The notes beneath the pieces were generated by a model that worked only from the letters and a program-made list of their open reading frames with translations, was not told where the DNA came from and searched no databases. A program made the translations under genes and the position numbers. From Candidatus Methanogaster sp. (GTDB taxonomy: Archaea; Halobacteriota; Methanosarcinia; Methanosarcinales; Methanogasteraceae): 64,000 nt of DNA. This document shows positions 1 through 10,203 of the stretch, piece by piece. Location of the stretch: contig QBUV01000091.1 of NCBI GenBank assembly GCA_013572355.1, positions 950 to 64,949 of the forward strand. The letters are read 5' to 3'. The first letter of the stretch is position 1. Each line of letters starts with the position of its first letter.

Positions 1-2382
1 GGAGAGGCAGTCCTGCCAGCAAAGGAACTGGTTCCCGGAGATGTGGTGGTCCTTGAGGGCGGCGACAAGGTTCCCGCGGATCTGCGGCTCTTCCACACAA
101 AGAACATGAGCGCGGATGAAGCAGCGATCACAGGCGAATCCGTGCCTGTGACTAAGCATACTGACCCGATTGCAGGAAAAGCGACGATTGCTGACCAGAG
201 ATGCATGGTATTCAGCGGCACGTTTGTGACGAAAGGGGTAGGCGTTGGGATCGTCGTCGGAACAGGTGAGCATACAGAGATCGGTAGGATCGCAAAACTG
301 ATAAAAGAGACCGAAAAGATCACAACTCCACTTACGAGGAAGATGGAGGAGTTTACCAGATTCTTGATCATTGCGATCCTATCGATCACCGTTATCAACT
401 TTGCGCTGGCGATATGGTTCGAGTATGGCATGATCTATGCGTTTTTAGCGTCCGTCTCGCTTGCGGTCGCTGCGATTCCGGAGGGGCTGCCTGCGGTTAT
501 GACGATGGCTCTGGCGATCGGCGTGACCGCGATGGCGCGCAAAGATTCGATCGTAAAAAGGCTGCCTGCCGCGGAGACGCTCGGGTGCACCACCGTGATC
601 TGCTCTGATAAGACCGGCACGCTTACAAAGAACCAGATGACGGTATCGCGGATATACAGCGGGGGAACGGATTACCGGGTGAGTGGGGTCGGATACAAAC
701 CGGAAGGCGAGTTTACACCATCCCAGATGAGTGAAGAGATGATCGGGACGCTGAAAGTGGGTTATTTCTGCAACAACGCCAAGGTAGTCGGAGAGGACGG
801 GCACGCCGTCATCGGGGATCCGACCGAAGGCGCACTTCTCGTATCCGCGATGAAAGCAGGAATCGGAGATATCGGAGCGATCGGAGAGGATGCCGGATCG
901 ACGCATGGCGGATCGATACAGGGTGAATCGATGCAGCGGCTGGATGAGATGCCGTTTGATTCGGAGCAGCAGTACATGGCTACGCTCCACCAGATGGACG
1001 GAGAGCGCATCATCTACGTGAAGGGCTCGCCTGAGCGGGTTATCGGGATGTGCCGGAGCCGGATGGTGGACGGCAGCATCGAACCGATAGATAGGGGGGC
1101 TATACTTGAAAAGGCTGAAGAGATGGCAGAAGAAGCGCTCCGGCTGCTTGCCATGGCGTACAAAGTGGTGCCTCCGGACAGGACGTCGATCGATCGGAAT
1201 GATCTTACGGACATGACATTTCTCGGGATCGAGGGCATGATCGATCCGCCAAGGGATGAGGCGTTAGACGGGGTGCGGATGTGCAAGAGTGCCGGGATAC
1301 GGGTTGTGATGGTCACAGGGGATCATGTAACGACTGCAAAAGCGATCGCGGGCAAACTCGGAATCGGAACCGATACAGAGCGTGCACTCACCGGAGAGGA
1401 CATGTCGCGGATGAGTGATGATGAACTCTATGATGTGGTTGAGGATGTGTCTGTGTATGCGCGGGCTCTGCCCGAACACAAGTTCAGGATCGTAAAGGCG
1501 CTGCAGAAGCACGGGGAGGTTGTTGCGGTCACCGGTGATGGTGTCAACGATGCGCCTGCGCTCAAAGCCGCTGACATCGGGATTGCGATGGGGATCACAG
1601 GAACCGAGGTGAGCAAGGAAGCATCAGACATGATCCTTGCTGACGACAACTTCGCAACGATCGTTGCTGCTGTAGAAGAGGGGAGACATGTCTACAATAA
1701 CATCAAAAAAGTAATTCTGTACACGCTTCCGACAAATGGCGGACAGGCACTGCTGGTTATAGGAGCTATACTGCTTGCGCCGTTCATGGTACTCTTCCAT
1801 GACCGGCTTCCGCTCGAACCCGTGCAGATACTCTGGATCAACCTCTTCGATGCGGTAGCGCTGGCACTGCCGCTCATCATGGAACCGATGGAGAAGGATC
1901 TGCTCAAAAAACCACCGAGAAATCCGGACGAACGGATCACCGATCCGCCATTCTTCCGGAAGGTCGGGCTCGTCTCCATCGTGATGGCGATAGCCGGGTT
2001 TGCGGTATACTACCACTACGGGATGCCTGCGATCGACGGAGAACTGGTGGTGTATCCGGATCTCCTCACTCAAGCGCAGACCGCTGCATTCACAACCGTT
2101 ATTCTGGTGCATCTCTGCTACCTCATGACCGCACGGTCGGTCACAGACTCGGCATTCACGTTTAGCCCGTTCTCGAACAGGTGGCTACTTGCAGGTATCG
2201 CAATCACTATTGTGGTGCAGCTTGCAATCGTCTACCATCCGGTCGGAAACGCCATTCTCGGAACGGCGCCGCTGCCGTTTGACTGGTGGGGGCTCATGAT
2301 CCTCCTTGCGCTTCCCGGATTCTTCGTAATCGAGATTGAGAAGTGGGCGACGAAGCGATTTCGGGGGCGGCGTGGCGGCTGA
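1..2382 (+). CDS. P-type cation-transporting ATPase (P2-type, Ca2+/Mg2+-like); 5' end lies outside the window
   Basis: Frame 1 is open from nt 1 ([30 protein letters not shown] runs into the listed 43..2382 ORF). Motifs [16 protein letters not shown] (phospho-Asp), [11 protein letters not shown]; C-terminal TM helices. Confidence 0.9.
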   Translation, partial: GEAVLPAKELVPGDVVVLEGGDKVPADLRLFHTKNMSADEAAITGESVPVTKHTDPIAGKATIADQRCMVFSGTFVTKGVGVGIVVGTGEHTEIGRIAKLIKETEKITTPLTRKMEEFTRFLIIAILSITVINFALAIWFEYGMIYAFLASVSLAVAAIPEGLPAVMTMALAIGVTAMARKDSIVKRLPAAETLGCTTVICSDKTGTLTKNQMTVSRIYSGGTDYRVSGVGYKPEGEFTPSQMSEEMIGTLKVGYFCNNAKVVGEDGHAVIGDPTEGALLVSAMKAGIGDIGAIGEDAGSTHGGSIQGESMQRLDEMPFDSEQQYMATLHQMDGERIIYVKGSPERVIGMCRSRMVDGSIEPIDRGAILEKAEEMAEEALRLLAMAYKVVPPDRTSIDRNDLTDMTFLGIEGMIDPPRDEALDGVRMCKSAGIRVVMVTGDHVTTAKAIAGKLGIGTDTERALTGEDMSRMSDDELYDVVEDVSVYARALPEHKFRIVKALQKHGEVVAVTGDGVNDAPALKAADIGIAMGITGTEVSKEASDMILADDNFATIVAAVEEGRHVYNNIKKVILYTLPTNGGQALLVIGAILLAPFMVLFHDRLPLEPVQILWINLFDAVALALPLIMEPMEKDLLKKPPRNPDERITDPPFFRKVGLVSIVMAIAGFAVYYHYGMPAIDGELVVYPDLLTQAQTAAFTTVILVHLCYLMTARSVTDSAFTFSPFSNRWLLAGIAITIVVQLAIVYHPVGNAILGTAPLPFDWWGLMILLALPGFFVIEIEKWATKRFRGRRGG

Positions 2383-2428
2383 TGCGGCGTCCGAAATACA
2401 TATTGCAAACAGTAACGAAGATTGCGCC

Positions 2429-3898
2429 ATGCAACTTACACCAAATGAACGACGCGTGCTCTCTGCCCTGCACGACCTGAAGAGATCGATGCCAGCGGAA
2501 CTTGCGGGGAGATCAGACCTGAATCCGGATGCTTTGATGCAATCCGCTTTCCTTCTGGAAGAAAAAGGACTTGCCGAGATCCACGAATCGGTAACAGAGA
2601 TTCACACGCTCACAGAAGAGGGTCGTGAATACGCTGGAAGCGGACTGCCCGAACGCCAGATACTCGCATACATACAGTCGTGCAGCGAAAAGGTCACGAT
2701 TCCGGACCTGAAGGATAAGTTCCCGCCTGCGATGGTCGGGATATCCATGGGCTGGCTGCGGCGGAAGAAGTGGGCAGCGATCGTGGACGGTGTAGTAGTG
2801 CCTGCGGGAGGTGCGGCGCCAGAGAAGGGCGCAGATGAGGAAGCGCTGACGATACTGCTCGAAGAAAAGGTTCTGACAGAAGATGCACAGAAGAAGGCAT
2901 TAAAAGACCTCATCAAGCGGAAACTGGTGGATGTGGCAGAGAGAAAAGAGAGAACGATTGCGATAACAGAAGAAGGCATAAAACTTGCAGGTGATATCGC
3001 AGACCGGTCAGATATCGATGAGATCGTGCAACTGACGTCTGAAGTCATACGCAGCCGCAGATGGGAGAACATCCGTGCTTATGACATCCATGCACCGGTG
3101 CCGCGGCGTGCCTGCGCTAAGATTCACCCGTACCAGCGTCTGATCGACCGGATGCGCAGGATACTGCTTGATATGGGATTTACCGAGATCAAAGGCGATA
3201 TCGTGCAGAGTTCCTTCTGGAACTTCGATGCGCTCTTCCAGCCGCAGGACCATCCTGCACGGGAGATGCAGGACACGTTCTATCTCGATAGTGAGGCGGA
3301 CATCCCTCTATATTACGGGAAAGTAAGAGACGTCCACGAGTCAGGCGGCGATACCGGCTCAACCGGATGGGGTGGGAGATGGAGCAAGGAGTTAGCCCGA
3401 AAAGAGGTCTTGCGCACCCACACGACCGCGATCACGATCAAACATCTTGCAGACAACCCCGATCCGCCGAAGAAGGCGTTCTGCATCGACCGGGTCTACC
3501 GCCGCGAGGCGATCGATCCGACGCATACGCCAGAGTTTGAGCAACTCGAAGGCGTGGTGATGGACCCGGGAGTCTCGTTTGCCAACCTTCTCGGGTATCT
3601 TGTCGAGTTCTACCACCACATCGGCTTTAAGGATGTGCGGTTCAGACCCGGGTACTTCCCGTACACAGAGCCGTCTGTTGAGCCAGAGGTCTATGTCGAG
3701 GGTCTCGGATGGGTCGAACTTGGCGGAGCAGGCATATTCCGGGAGGAGGTGACCGCACCGCTCGGCATCGAGTGTCCTGTGCTTGCATGGGGGCTCGGCG
3801 TCAGCAGGGTTGCGATGCTGCGGCTGGGACTTCGTGATCTTCGGAAGCTGTACCAGTCAGACATCGACTGGCTGCGGGAGAGTCCGGTCTGTGTGTAA
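2429..3898 (+). CDS. pheS: Phenylalanyl-tRNA synthetase alpha subunit (archaeal type)
   Basis: ORF 2336..3898. The first ATG clear of the ATPase stop is 2429 ([11 protein letters not shown]). Class II aaRS core ([33 protein letters not shown]). Length about 489 aa, typical for the archaeal alpha subunit. Confidence 0.9.
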   Translation: MQLTPNERRVLSALHDLKRSMPAELAGRSDLNPDALMQSAFLLEEKGLAEIHESVTEIHTLTEEGREYAGSGLPERQILAYIQSCSEKVTIPDLKDKFPPAMVGISMGWLRRKKWAAIVDGVVVPAGGAAPEKGADEEALTILLEEKVLTEDAQKKALKDLIKRKLVDVAERKERTIAITEEGIKLAGDIADRSDIDEIVQLTSEVIRSRRWENIRAYDIHAPVPRRACAKIHPYQRLIDRMRRILLDMGFTEIKGDIVQSSFWNFDALFQPQDHPAREMQDTFYLDSEADIPLYYGKVRDVHESGGDTGSTGWGGRWSKELARKEVLRTHTTAITIKHLADNPDPPKKAFCIDRVYRREAIDPTHTPEFEQLEGVVMDPGVSFANLLGYLVEFYHHIGFKDVRFRPGYFPYTEPSVEPEVYVEGLGWVELGGAGIFREEVTAPLGIECPVLAWGLGVSRVAMLRLGLRDLRKLYQSDIDWLRESPVCV

Positions 3899-3963
3899 AA
3901 AGGGTGCGATGGCGAGAAGATCGAAAGTATGAAGAATCCCGTCAATGGGGAAGGTGATGTTGT

Positions 3964-4311
3964 TTGGAAAGAAATAATCGATCGGAAAAAGAAGCGAGGA
4001 AAAAGGAACTCGTGCAGGAACTTAGTAGAATAATTAACGCACTAAAAAAAGATAAAGAGATCAAGTTGATCATGTTATTCGGCTCATTGGCAAGAGGTGA
4101 TATAAGCGCAACGAGCGATATAGATGTGATCATCGTGAAAGGGACGAAAAAAAAGTTTCTCGATCGGTTGGATGAGATTTATTCAACCTTAATCCCGAAT
4201 GTCGCTCTGGATATTCTCGTATATACTCCAGAGGAATTTGAAGCGATGAAAAGTAAGAATGTTTTCGTTAGAAACGCTGTAAAGGAGGGAAAAATGCTGT
4301 ATGAATCCTGA
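3964..4311 (+). CDS. Minimal nucleotidyltransferase (MNT-type, antitoxin partner of HEPN)
   Basis: LFGSLARGD...SDIDVIIV is the GSxxRG/DxD pol-beta-superfamily NTase motif. About 115 aa. Apparent TTG start at 3964. The 3' end overlaps the next small ORF (ATGAATCCTGA). Confidence 0.8.
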   Translation: MERNNRSEKEARKKELVQELSRIINALKKDKEIKLIMLFGSLARGDISATSDIDVIIVKGTKKKFLDRLDEIYSTLIPNVALDILVYTPEEFEAMKSKNVFVRNAVKEGKMLYES

Positions 4312-4441
4312 TGCGATGGGTGAAGGACGGAGGTGGCTTCGTCAGGCAGAGCAAGACCTTGATGACGCACGGTATAATCTGGAAGGGGACAGATACCATC
4401 TGGTTTGTTTTCTTTCACAGCAATCGGCAGAGAAGGCTTAG
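4301..4441 (+). pseudogene. Truncated HEPN-domain toxin gene (N-terminal 46 codons only)
   Basis: ATG at 4301 overlaps the MNT stop. Translation MNPDAMGEGRRWLRQAEQDLDDARYNLEGDRYHLVCFLSQQSAEKA* matches the first HEPN helices (W..A..DL..A...L..g.y....f..qQ.aEKa). It stops at TAG 4439-4441, before any Rx4-6H motif. Confidence 0.6.
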
Positions 4442-4444
4442 ACA

Positions 4445-4723
4445 ATGAGAGTCAAAGTAGATATGGAAAGCGATGCGCTATATTTCAGATTATGTGGGGA
4501 CGATATAGAAGATAGCGAAGAGATCGCCCAGGGGATTATCATCGACTATACCAAAGAGGATACCGTGGTTGGTATAGAAATTCTCGGTATTAAAGCACGA
4601 TTACCTGCAGAAGAATTATCCCGTATGACAATCGAATTACCCTACGATCATACCGCATCCCCCTCGATCAGGGCATTGATGTGTTCTTGTGTTATCGCGC
4701 CTCTCGCCACCCACCGGATTTGA
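4445..4723 (+). CDS. DUF2283-family small protein
   Basis: N-terminus VDMESDALYFRL...EEIAQGIIIDYTKEDTVVGIEILG matches the YD.e.D.LYI...gvilD.d..G.vvGIEIL pattern. The C-terminal about 25 aa look like non-conserved read-through. Confidence 0.6.
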   Translation: MRVKVDMESDALYFRLCGDDIEDSEEIAQGIIIDYTKEDTVVGIEILGIKARLPAEELSRMTIELPYDHTASPSIRALMCSCVIAPLATHRI

Positions 4724-4929
4724 CCACAAAGCATTTAAGTGGCAAATGTCAATTACGACTACGTAATCCAAATATGACGGGATACGAGGGTGATGAAGCC
4801 CTTTCGGTTCTGTTGAACAGGAAGGTGCGTGATGGCTGTGCAAGTCACAATCACCACAGACAACCGCGGTTTTACGCGGTTCAACGAATATGGAAGCAAT
4901 ACAACAAACAATACAGGAGGTAAATAGAC

Positions 4930-6147
4930 ATGAATAAGAAGATAATATTACCGTTTGTCGCAATTCTTGTACTGGCTGTAGCTATGGTTGGCGCAGCGAG
5001 TGCGGATGAGGTGACAACGGTGGATACGGTTGAGGTCCGCGGCAATGTGGCAAACGCCACACAAGCAAATGCTGGTATCAACTGGACTGCACAGGATTTC
5101 GCTGCGTTCTGGTACGATCTTGATGACGATCTGTCAACAGAGACTCTTGAACTCATAGGTGGTACATCCGGTACTGATCGAAACATAGCTGATGACCAAC
5201 TGGTTTACACCACATATCCGGAGCATCAATTGTACGAGCTTTACGCTGACAAAGGGTTAGTCGTAGAGGGTGACGATACGAATCTATCAATCGGATACTA
5301 CATCGAAGGCTGGCTGGCAGAGGAGTACGTAGCAGTCAACGGCAGAGCAGATGAACTCGTGAAACTGTTGGTTGAGTTCGAGGGCGATGACAAGAAGACC
5401 CTGTCAACCGGTGAGGCATGGGATCTTGGAAACGGATTTGCCCTTATTGCTCAACAGATCGATCTCGAAGGTGACAAGGTGTGGTTCTCGCTGGAGAAGG
5501 ATGGCAAGGAATTGGATAGTGAAGTTGTCACAACCGGTGCCGATATTACGAATGAATCAGTGTACACCTACACCGAAGACATAGGCAGTGAAGATGACGT
5601 TCCAGTGTTTTCATGCCTTGTTGATGCTGTGTTCAGAGGAACGGACAGCAATATCGTGCAGGTTAGGTATGTCTTCCTAGTCGATAATGTGGTTTTGGAG
5701 ATCGATAGTGACGATAAGTTCGGTGCAATGGAAGCTACCGCAGGTCCGACCATGATCACACTTAGGAATGAGGATGCTATCGATCTAGGCAAAGACACCA
5801 CTGAGCACATCATGGGCAACATGTACTTCAAGACCGCGGATGATACTGCACTCAGGTTCTATCCGATGGTCGAGTACACCATCGGCGAGGGCGCAGCAGG
5901 CGAAGCTGAGGAAGAGGTCGAGACTCCAACCGATGCTAACGAGACTGCGGATGTGAACGTAACTCCGACCGCTGTAGTCACGCCAACGCCTGAAGAGGCA
6001 GCATCACCTGTAGTGACAGCAACAGCTGAAGATACCACAGCAGATGCTGAAGAGACCGCAACCCCGAAGACTCCAGGTTTTGAGGCAGTCTTCGCAATTG
6101 CCGGACTGCTCGCAGTCGCATATCTTGTGCTCAGACAGCGAGAGTGA
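4930..6147 (+). CDS. Surface (S-layer-type) protein with signal peptide, S-layer duplication-type domain, Thr/Glu/Ala-rich linker and PGF-CTERM anchor
   Basis: Signal peptide MNKKIILPFVAILVLAVAMVGAASA. The WTAQDFAAFWYDLDDDLSTETLEL region is typical of methanogen S-layer-related domains. C-terminus PGFEAVFAIAGLLAVAYLVLRQRE = PGF + TM + basic tail. Confidence 0.85.
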   Translation: MNKKIILPFVAILVLAVAMVGAASADEVTTVDTVEVRGNVANATQANAGINWTAQDFAAFWYDLDDDLSTETLELIGGTSGTDRNIADDQLVYTTYPEHQLYELYADKGLVVEGDDTNLSIGYYIEGWLAEEYVAVNGRADELVKLLVEFEGDDKKTLSTGEAWDLGNGFALIAQQIDLEGDKVWFSLEKDGKELDSEVVTTGADITNESVYTYTEDIGSEDDVPVFSCLVDAVFRGTDSNIVQVRYVFLVDNVVLEIDSDDKFGAMEATAGPTMITLRNEDAIDLGKDTTEHIMGNMYFKTADDTALRFYPMVEYTIGEGAAGEAEEEVETPTDANETADVNVTPTAVVTPTPEEAASPVVTATAEDTTADAEETATPKTPGFEAVFAIAGLLAVAYLVLRQRE

Positions 6148-6158
6148 GTGAGACCCTG

Positions 6159-6195
6159 TGAAGGGAGAGATCCTCCCTTCCGACTTTTCTTTTTT
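6159..6195 (+). terminator. Stem-loop plus oligo-T downstream of the surface-protein gene
   Basis: GAAGGGAG-agatc-CTCCCTTC (8-bp stem) followed by cgacTTTTcTTTTTTT, 12 nt after the stop codon. Confidence 0.5.
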
Positions 6196-6313
6196 TGAAA
6201 TACGTTCCAATAGGCTCTAACCGAGACTATACGCTCTTTCACATTCCAATCAAACTTCCGGTTTACGCAGTCAAGGGTTAGCAGCGATCAAAATCAGCAG
6301 AGTCAATCTGAGA

Positions 6314-6398
6314 TGCGGGGGGTGGGATTCGAACCCACGAACTCCTACGAGAATAGGCCCTGAACCTATCGCCTTTGACCTGGCTGGGCAACCCCCGC
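6314..6398 (-). tRNA. tRNA-Leu (anticodon CAG)
   Basis: The reverse complement GCGGGGGTTGCCCAGCCAGGTCAAAGGCGATAGGTTCAGGGCCTATTCTCGTAGGAGTTCGTGGGTTCGAATCCCACCCCCCGCA folds as a cloverleaf with a long variable arm. Anticodon loop TT-CAG-GG. No encoded CCA. Confidence 0.95.
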
Positions 6399-6414
6399 TG
6401 GGGTGAATGCGTGA

Positions 6415-6486
6415 TGGACCGATCGGGAATCGAACCCGAGGCCTCTTCCATGCCAAGGAAGCAATCTACCCCTGATCTATCGGCCC
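6415..6486 (-). tRNA. tRNA-Ala (anticodon GGC)
   Basis: Reverse complement GGGCCGATAGATCAGGGGTAGATTGCTTCCTTGGCATGGAAGAGGCCTCGGGTTCGATTCCCGATCGGTCCA. Anticodon loop TT-GGC-AT. G3:U70 identity pair present. Confidence 0.95.
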
Positions 6487-6684
6487 TATCACGAGGTACT
6501 GCTGGTATTGGCGGGAGGTGGTTATCAATATTGTGGTGAACCGGAATTCCGGATGTTCGCAGAGGAATGGTTGGGTTGTCATGGCTCTGTGGTGTCGCTG
6601 GAGATTCCACGAAGATACTTCAGGCGAATTGTGGATGGTGCAGGTGTTTAGGTGCAAATCGGTTCGCAGTTATCAAAAGAGAGC

Positions 6685-7926
6685 TTAGTGGTGGCGGCAA
6701 TTACCTGACATGCATCCTCCCGACCCCCCTCCCATCTTCTCGATGGCTTCCCCGATGGTGCCGGCATCGGTCTCCCCAGACTCCACGTAAGCATCGTCCA
6801 GGACATAAAACGCGCTCTTCTGCGCGATGCTATCCTTTGTGATCAGTTTATCTATCCTGTTCTCGACCAGCAGTTCGGCGGCTTTAAGCCCTTTCCGCTT
6901 CTCCAAGGTGGCAAACGGATTTTTCAGGAACCGCATATCGGCAAGATCGTTATCCTCTCTTCGGATATCAAATATGCAGAAATATTCCGCCTCCCCGAAG
7001 TGCCTGGAGATTTTGGACAGAAGACCGTTGTTCTCGATGCACGGGACCGCATACCTTGTAAATTCCCTCTCCTCTGGCTCTATATGTATCAGGACCCGAT
7101 CAACATTTTTTATCTCGGATTTGATCCTATCTTCGATCTTATCGCTCAGTTGGTGCGCCCGTTTAAGATCTGTGAGGTTCGTACCCACATCCATCTCGAT
7201 AAATATGAACTTCCCCGAACTCCTCGCTCTTAAGGAATATATCTTCTCGACACCACGAGTTTCGGACGCGATCTCCCTGATCCGGTTGAGACTCTCATAA
7301 TCGATGGATGCGTCCAGGAGAACCTTTATCGAATCTTTTAGTATCCCGGATCCTGCTTTGAAAATGAAGAGAGCGATCAGAATACCGGCAGCCGAGTCAA
7401 GGAAATAGAAACCAAGATAGTTTCCAAGTATTCCAGCGAATACGACTGCGGAAGAGTAGGCATCTGTTCTTGAATGCTTGCCATCAGCGATTAAACTGGG
7501 TGAATTTTCCTCTCTCCCGATCTTAAGCTTATAATTGCTTAAAAGCCAGGATGACACCAGGGATACCAGTGCGACTGAGAGTGCAAACGGAAGATCTGTC
7601 AGGATAACCGATCCGACCGCCGATCCGATCGATGTGCGAATAATCTCGTACCCGGCATAAAGGATCGCAAGAGCGAGGAAGAGACTTACGATATTCTCTG
7701 CCTTGTAAAATCCGTAAGGAAACTCCTCTGTGGGCGTGCGATCCGAGATCTTAAGACCGATGAAGACCGCGATGGAACTTATCACGTCTGTGAGTGAGTG
7801 GATCGCATCAGCGATGAGGGCGATACTTCCCGAGAGCATTCCGGCAGCGTATTTTATGACCACCAGAAATGCGGTCACTCCTATCGACACCAGAGCTGCT
7901 CTCTTATCCCTGCCTACGCGGATCAT
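6685..7926 (-). CDS. Cation diffusion facilitator (CDF) metal efflux transporter fused to a C-terminal NifX/NifB-like (dinitrogenase FeMo-cofactor-binding family) domain
   Basis: N-terminal 6-TM CDF core (LIADAIHSLTDVIS, HSRTDAYSS) plus the cytoplasmic CDF CTD (..VEKIYSLRARSSGKFIFIEMDV..HIEPE). An extra about 115 aa follows with ISRHFGEAEYFCIFD...GLKAAELLVENRIDKLIT, like HFG.a..F.i.d small NifX-family proteins. Tail GGGSGGCMSGNCRHH. Confidence 0.8.
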   Translation of the reverse strand: MIRVGRDKRAALVSIGVTAFLVVIKYAAGMLSGSIALIADAIHSLTDVISSIAVFIGLKISDRTPTEEFPYGFYKAENIVSLFLALAILYAGYEIIRTSIGSAVGSVILTDLPFALSVALVSLVSSWLLSNYKLKIGREENSPSLIADGKHSRTDAYSSAVVFAGILGNYLGFYFLDSAAGILIALFIFKAGSGILKDSIKVLLDASIDYESLNRIREIASETRGVEKIYSLRARSSGKFIFIEMDVGTNLTDLKRAHQLSDKIEDRIKSEIKNVDRVLIHIEPEEREFTRYAVPCIENNGLLSKISRHFGEAEYFCIFDIRREDNDLADMRFLKNPFATLEKRKGLKAAELLVENRIDKLITKDSIAQKSAFYVLDDAYVESGETDAGTIGEAIEKMGGGSGGCMSGNCRHH

Positions 7927-7980
7927 GAAGAGATAATCTACTGATAAACCTTTAATACTTGCCTTGCAAGATTTAGCAGG

Positions 7981-9363
7981 ATGGAAGATAGCGACAATAG
8001 CAGAAATAAATACTCCGAAGGCGTAAAAACACTTCTCGGCGATCCTAAAAAAGCCATCCTAAAACTGTCGCTACCGATGATCGTAGCTATGTCAGCACAG
8101 ACGGTCTACAATCTCGTCGATGCTATCTGGGTATCAGGTCTCGGCGCTAATGCTCTCGCTGCGATCGGATTCGTCTTCCCGTTCTTCTTTGCAGCTATGG
8201 CGCTTTCCAACGGACTCGGGGTGGGCGGCGGGTCTGCCATATCCAGAAGGATCGGTGCAAGGGATAAGGATGGTGCGGACAACGTGGCGGTTCACACGAT
8301 TGTTATGATGCTCTTGCTTGCGGTTCTCTTCACGATCCCGCTCTTTGTCTTTGCCGAGGACGTGTTCGTCCTGATCGGTGCTGGCAGCGCAACAGGGATG
8401 GCTGTCTCGTATGCCAGGATCATCTTCGCAGGCAGCATCTTCATATTTATAACAAGCGTCGCAAGCGCTATACTGCGGGCGGAGGGTGATGTCAAGCGAG
8501 CCATGTATGTCATGATGCTGGGCGCAGGTCTCAATATTATACTGGATCCGATCTTCATCTACACTCTCGACATGGGCATCGCGGGTGCGGCATGGGCTAC
8601 ACTCGTATCGCTGGCAATCTCGTCTGTGGTTATGGTAAACTGGCTGCTTTTTAAGAAGGACACGTACGTATCATTCAAATTCAGCGGTTTCAGGTTCGAT
8701 AGGACGATTGTCAGGGACATCTTTAAGGTAGGTATTCCGGCTTCTGTAACGCAACTCTCGATGTCGCTTACAATGGTGATAATGAACGTCATGGTAGTAG
8801 CGGTGGGTAGCATCGCGGGGGTTGCGGTCTACACCACAGGATGGCGGGTGGTATCGATTGCGACACTGCCCTTAATCGGTATCGCAACAGCGGTCGTCTC
8901 GGTAACAGGGGCTGCTTTCGGTGCACGCGCATGTGATAAGGTGAGTATCGCGCACCTCTATGCAACAAAGATCGGTTTTGCGATAGAATTGGTGATAGCG
9001 GTGGCAACCTTCATCTTCGCCCCCCAGATAGCTGCTATGTTCACGCAGTCCGAGAGCGCAGCACATATCGCACCTGATCTAATCATCTTCTTAAGGATCG
9101 TGAGTCTCTTCTATGTGGGCGTGCCGTTTGGGATGCTATCCTCTTCGCTCTTTCAGGGGACCGGAAAGGGTATGAACGCGCTCTTTGTCACGATCTTGCG
9201 CACACTCATCCTAACTCCAATATTTGCAGCTCTCTTCGCGTTTAACTTTGATATGGGGCTTACCGGGATCTGGTGGGGTCTCGTTGCTGCAAACGTCATA
9301 GGTTCTACAGTAGCGTTTATCTGGGCGCGGCTGTATGTGCGAGGGCTTATAGGTAGGCGATGA
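7981..9363 (+). CDS. MATE family efflux transporter
   Basis: 460 aa, 12 predicted TM helices. N-terminus KAILKLSLPMIVAMSAQTVYNLVDAIWVSGLG is the typical MatE signature. Confidence 0.9.
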   Translation: MEDSDNSRNKYSEGVKTLLGDPKKAILKLSLPMIVAMSAQTVYNLVDAIWVSGLGANALAAIGFVFPFFFAAMALSNGLGVGGGSAISRRIGARDKDGADNVAVHTIVMMLLLAVLFTIPLFVFAEDVFVLIGAGSATGMAVSYARIIFAGSIFIFITSVASAILRAEGDVKRAMYVMMLGAGLNIILDPIFIYTLDMGIAGAAWATLVSLAISSVVMVNWLLFKKDTYVSFKFSGFRFDRTIVRDIFKVGIPASVTQLSMSLTMVIMNVMVVAVGSIAGVAVYTTGWRVVSIATLPLIGIATAVVSVTGAAFGARACDKVSIAHLYATKIGFAIELVIAVATFIFAPQIAAMFTQSESAAHIAPDLIIFLRIVSLFYVGVPFGMLSSSLFQGTGKGMNALFVTILRTLILTPIFAALFAFNFDMGLTGIWWGLVAANVIGSTVAFIWARLYVRGLIGRR

Positions 9364-9621
9364 AATGAGAAGGTGCTAAGTCGGAGGTGCCGAATCCGGG
9401 CAAGCTGGAGCTGTGTCGGGGGTTTGTGTGGCGGGTTGAATGACTTGATATAGGAGAAGGATGAACGAGTATACGATGAGTGAAATTCGTCCGGAGGGCA
9501 GCATATATGGGCTATTCAGATAAAATACCAATAGACGCGATATGTGAAGTAAGTTCAGATATACAACGTTATCTGATTTTGTCCCGAATAACTGCTGTTC
9601 GCTGTTCACGGTGACCTAAAA

Positions 9622-10203
9622 ATGGAGAAAGAAACAACACGCTGCCGAATATTCCGAGATTCGGAAAATAATACAGTGGCTCTGCAGGATATATTTAATC
9701 TCGGGATCTATCATCCATGGCAGGATGGCCATAATCCGAATTTCGATGTGTTCTCTCGCGTGATTCTTGATGTAAAAGATCAGCATATAAAAGGAATTAA
9801 CTACTGCACGAATCAATTGCGTTCCATTATTTCAAGTACGGAAGAATATGTGATCTGTGTTATCCCGACCCATGCAGCAGGAACTGAACCATCGGGTATA
9901 AGGACTATCGCGAAACGATTATGTTCACATTCGGTAATTGATGGAACAGATGTTATATCAAGGGTTTTTGAGATTCCAAAGAAAACTGCAGGCGAAAGCA
10001 GCGATATGCAGTTAGAAATAAAATCGCTTGCTGTGACGGATGAAAGTGTAGTCAGAGGTCGGCAGGTGCTACTGCTGGACGATGTGACGACGAGTGGCAC
10101 ATCTTTAAAGGCAGGAAAATATCTGATAGAGCAAGCCGGAGCTGAGATAGTTGTGTTACTTGCACTCGCCAGAACTCAAATAGAACATGAATCTGTAAAA
10201 TGA
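9622..10203 (+). CDS. ComF-like phosphoribosyltransferase-domain protein (no N-terminal zinc ribbon)
   Basis: PRPP-binding loop VLLLDDVTTSGTSLKAG near the C-terminus, preceded by VICVIPTH...GIRTIAKRL as in ComF/GntX-type PRTases. The gene sits in visibly AT-rich DNA. Confidence 0.7.
   Translation: MEKETTRCRIFRDSENNTVALQDIFNLGIYHPWQDGHNPNFDVFSRVILDVKDQHIKGINYCTNQLRSIISSTEEYVICVIPTHAAGTEPSGIRTIAKRLCSHSVIDGTDVISRVFEIPKKTAGESSDMQLEIKSLAVTDESVVRGRQVLLLDDVTTSGTSLKAGKYLIEQAGAEIVVLLALARTQIEHESVK

Noticed and set aside
445-2112. Many long ORFs antisense to, or out of frame with, the P-type ATPase gene (e.g. 445..990, 1014..1316, 1624..2112). Similar shadow ORFs occur across the window (23410..24051, 32864..33538, 33664..34131, 43113..43766, 51162..51887, 57178..58032, 57872..58540).
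   Set aside because: Each lies inside a gene with strong family motifs on the other strand or frame. None shows motifs of its own. Long shadow ORFs are expected in DNA of this G+C content.
4637-4963. 108-aa minus-strand ORF and 80-aa plus-strand ORF (4681..4923) in the gap between the DUF2283 gene and the surface-protein gene.
   Set aside because: They have no motifs and odd composition, and they overlap each other and the likely promoter/5' UTR of the surface-protein gene. This region is most likely non-coding leader.
9376-9609. 77-aa minus-strand ORF in the AT-rich spacer upstream of the PRTase gene.
   Set aside because: It is hydrophobic, low-complexity translation of AT-rich DNA with no recognisable domain. 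The evidence is insufficient to call a gene.
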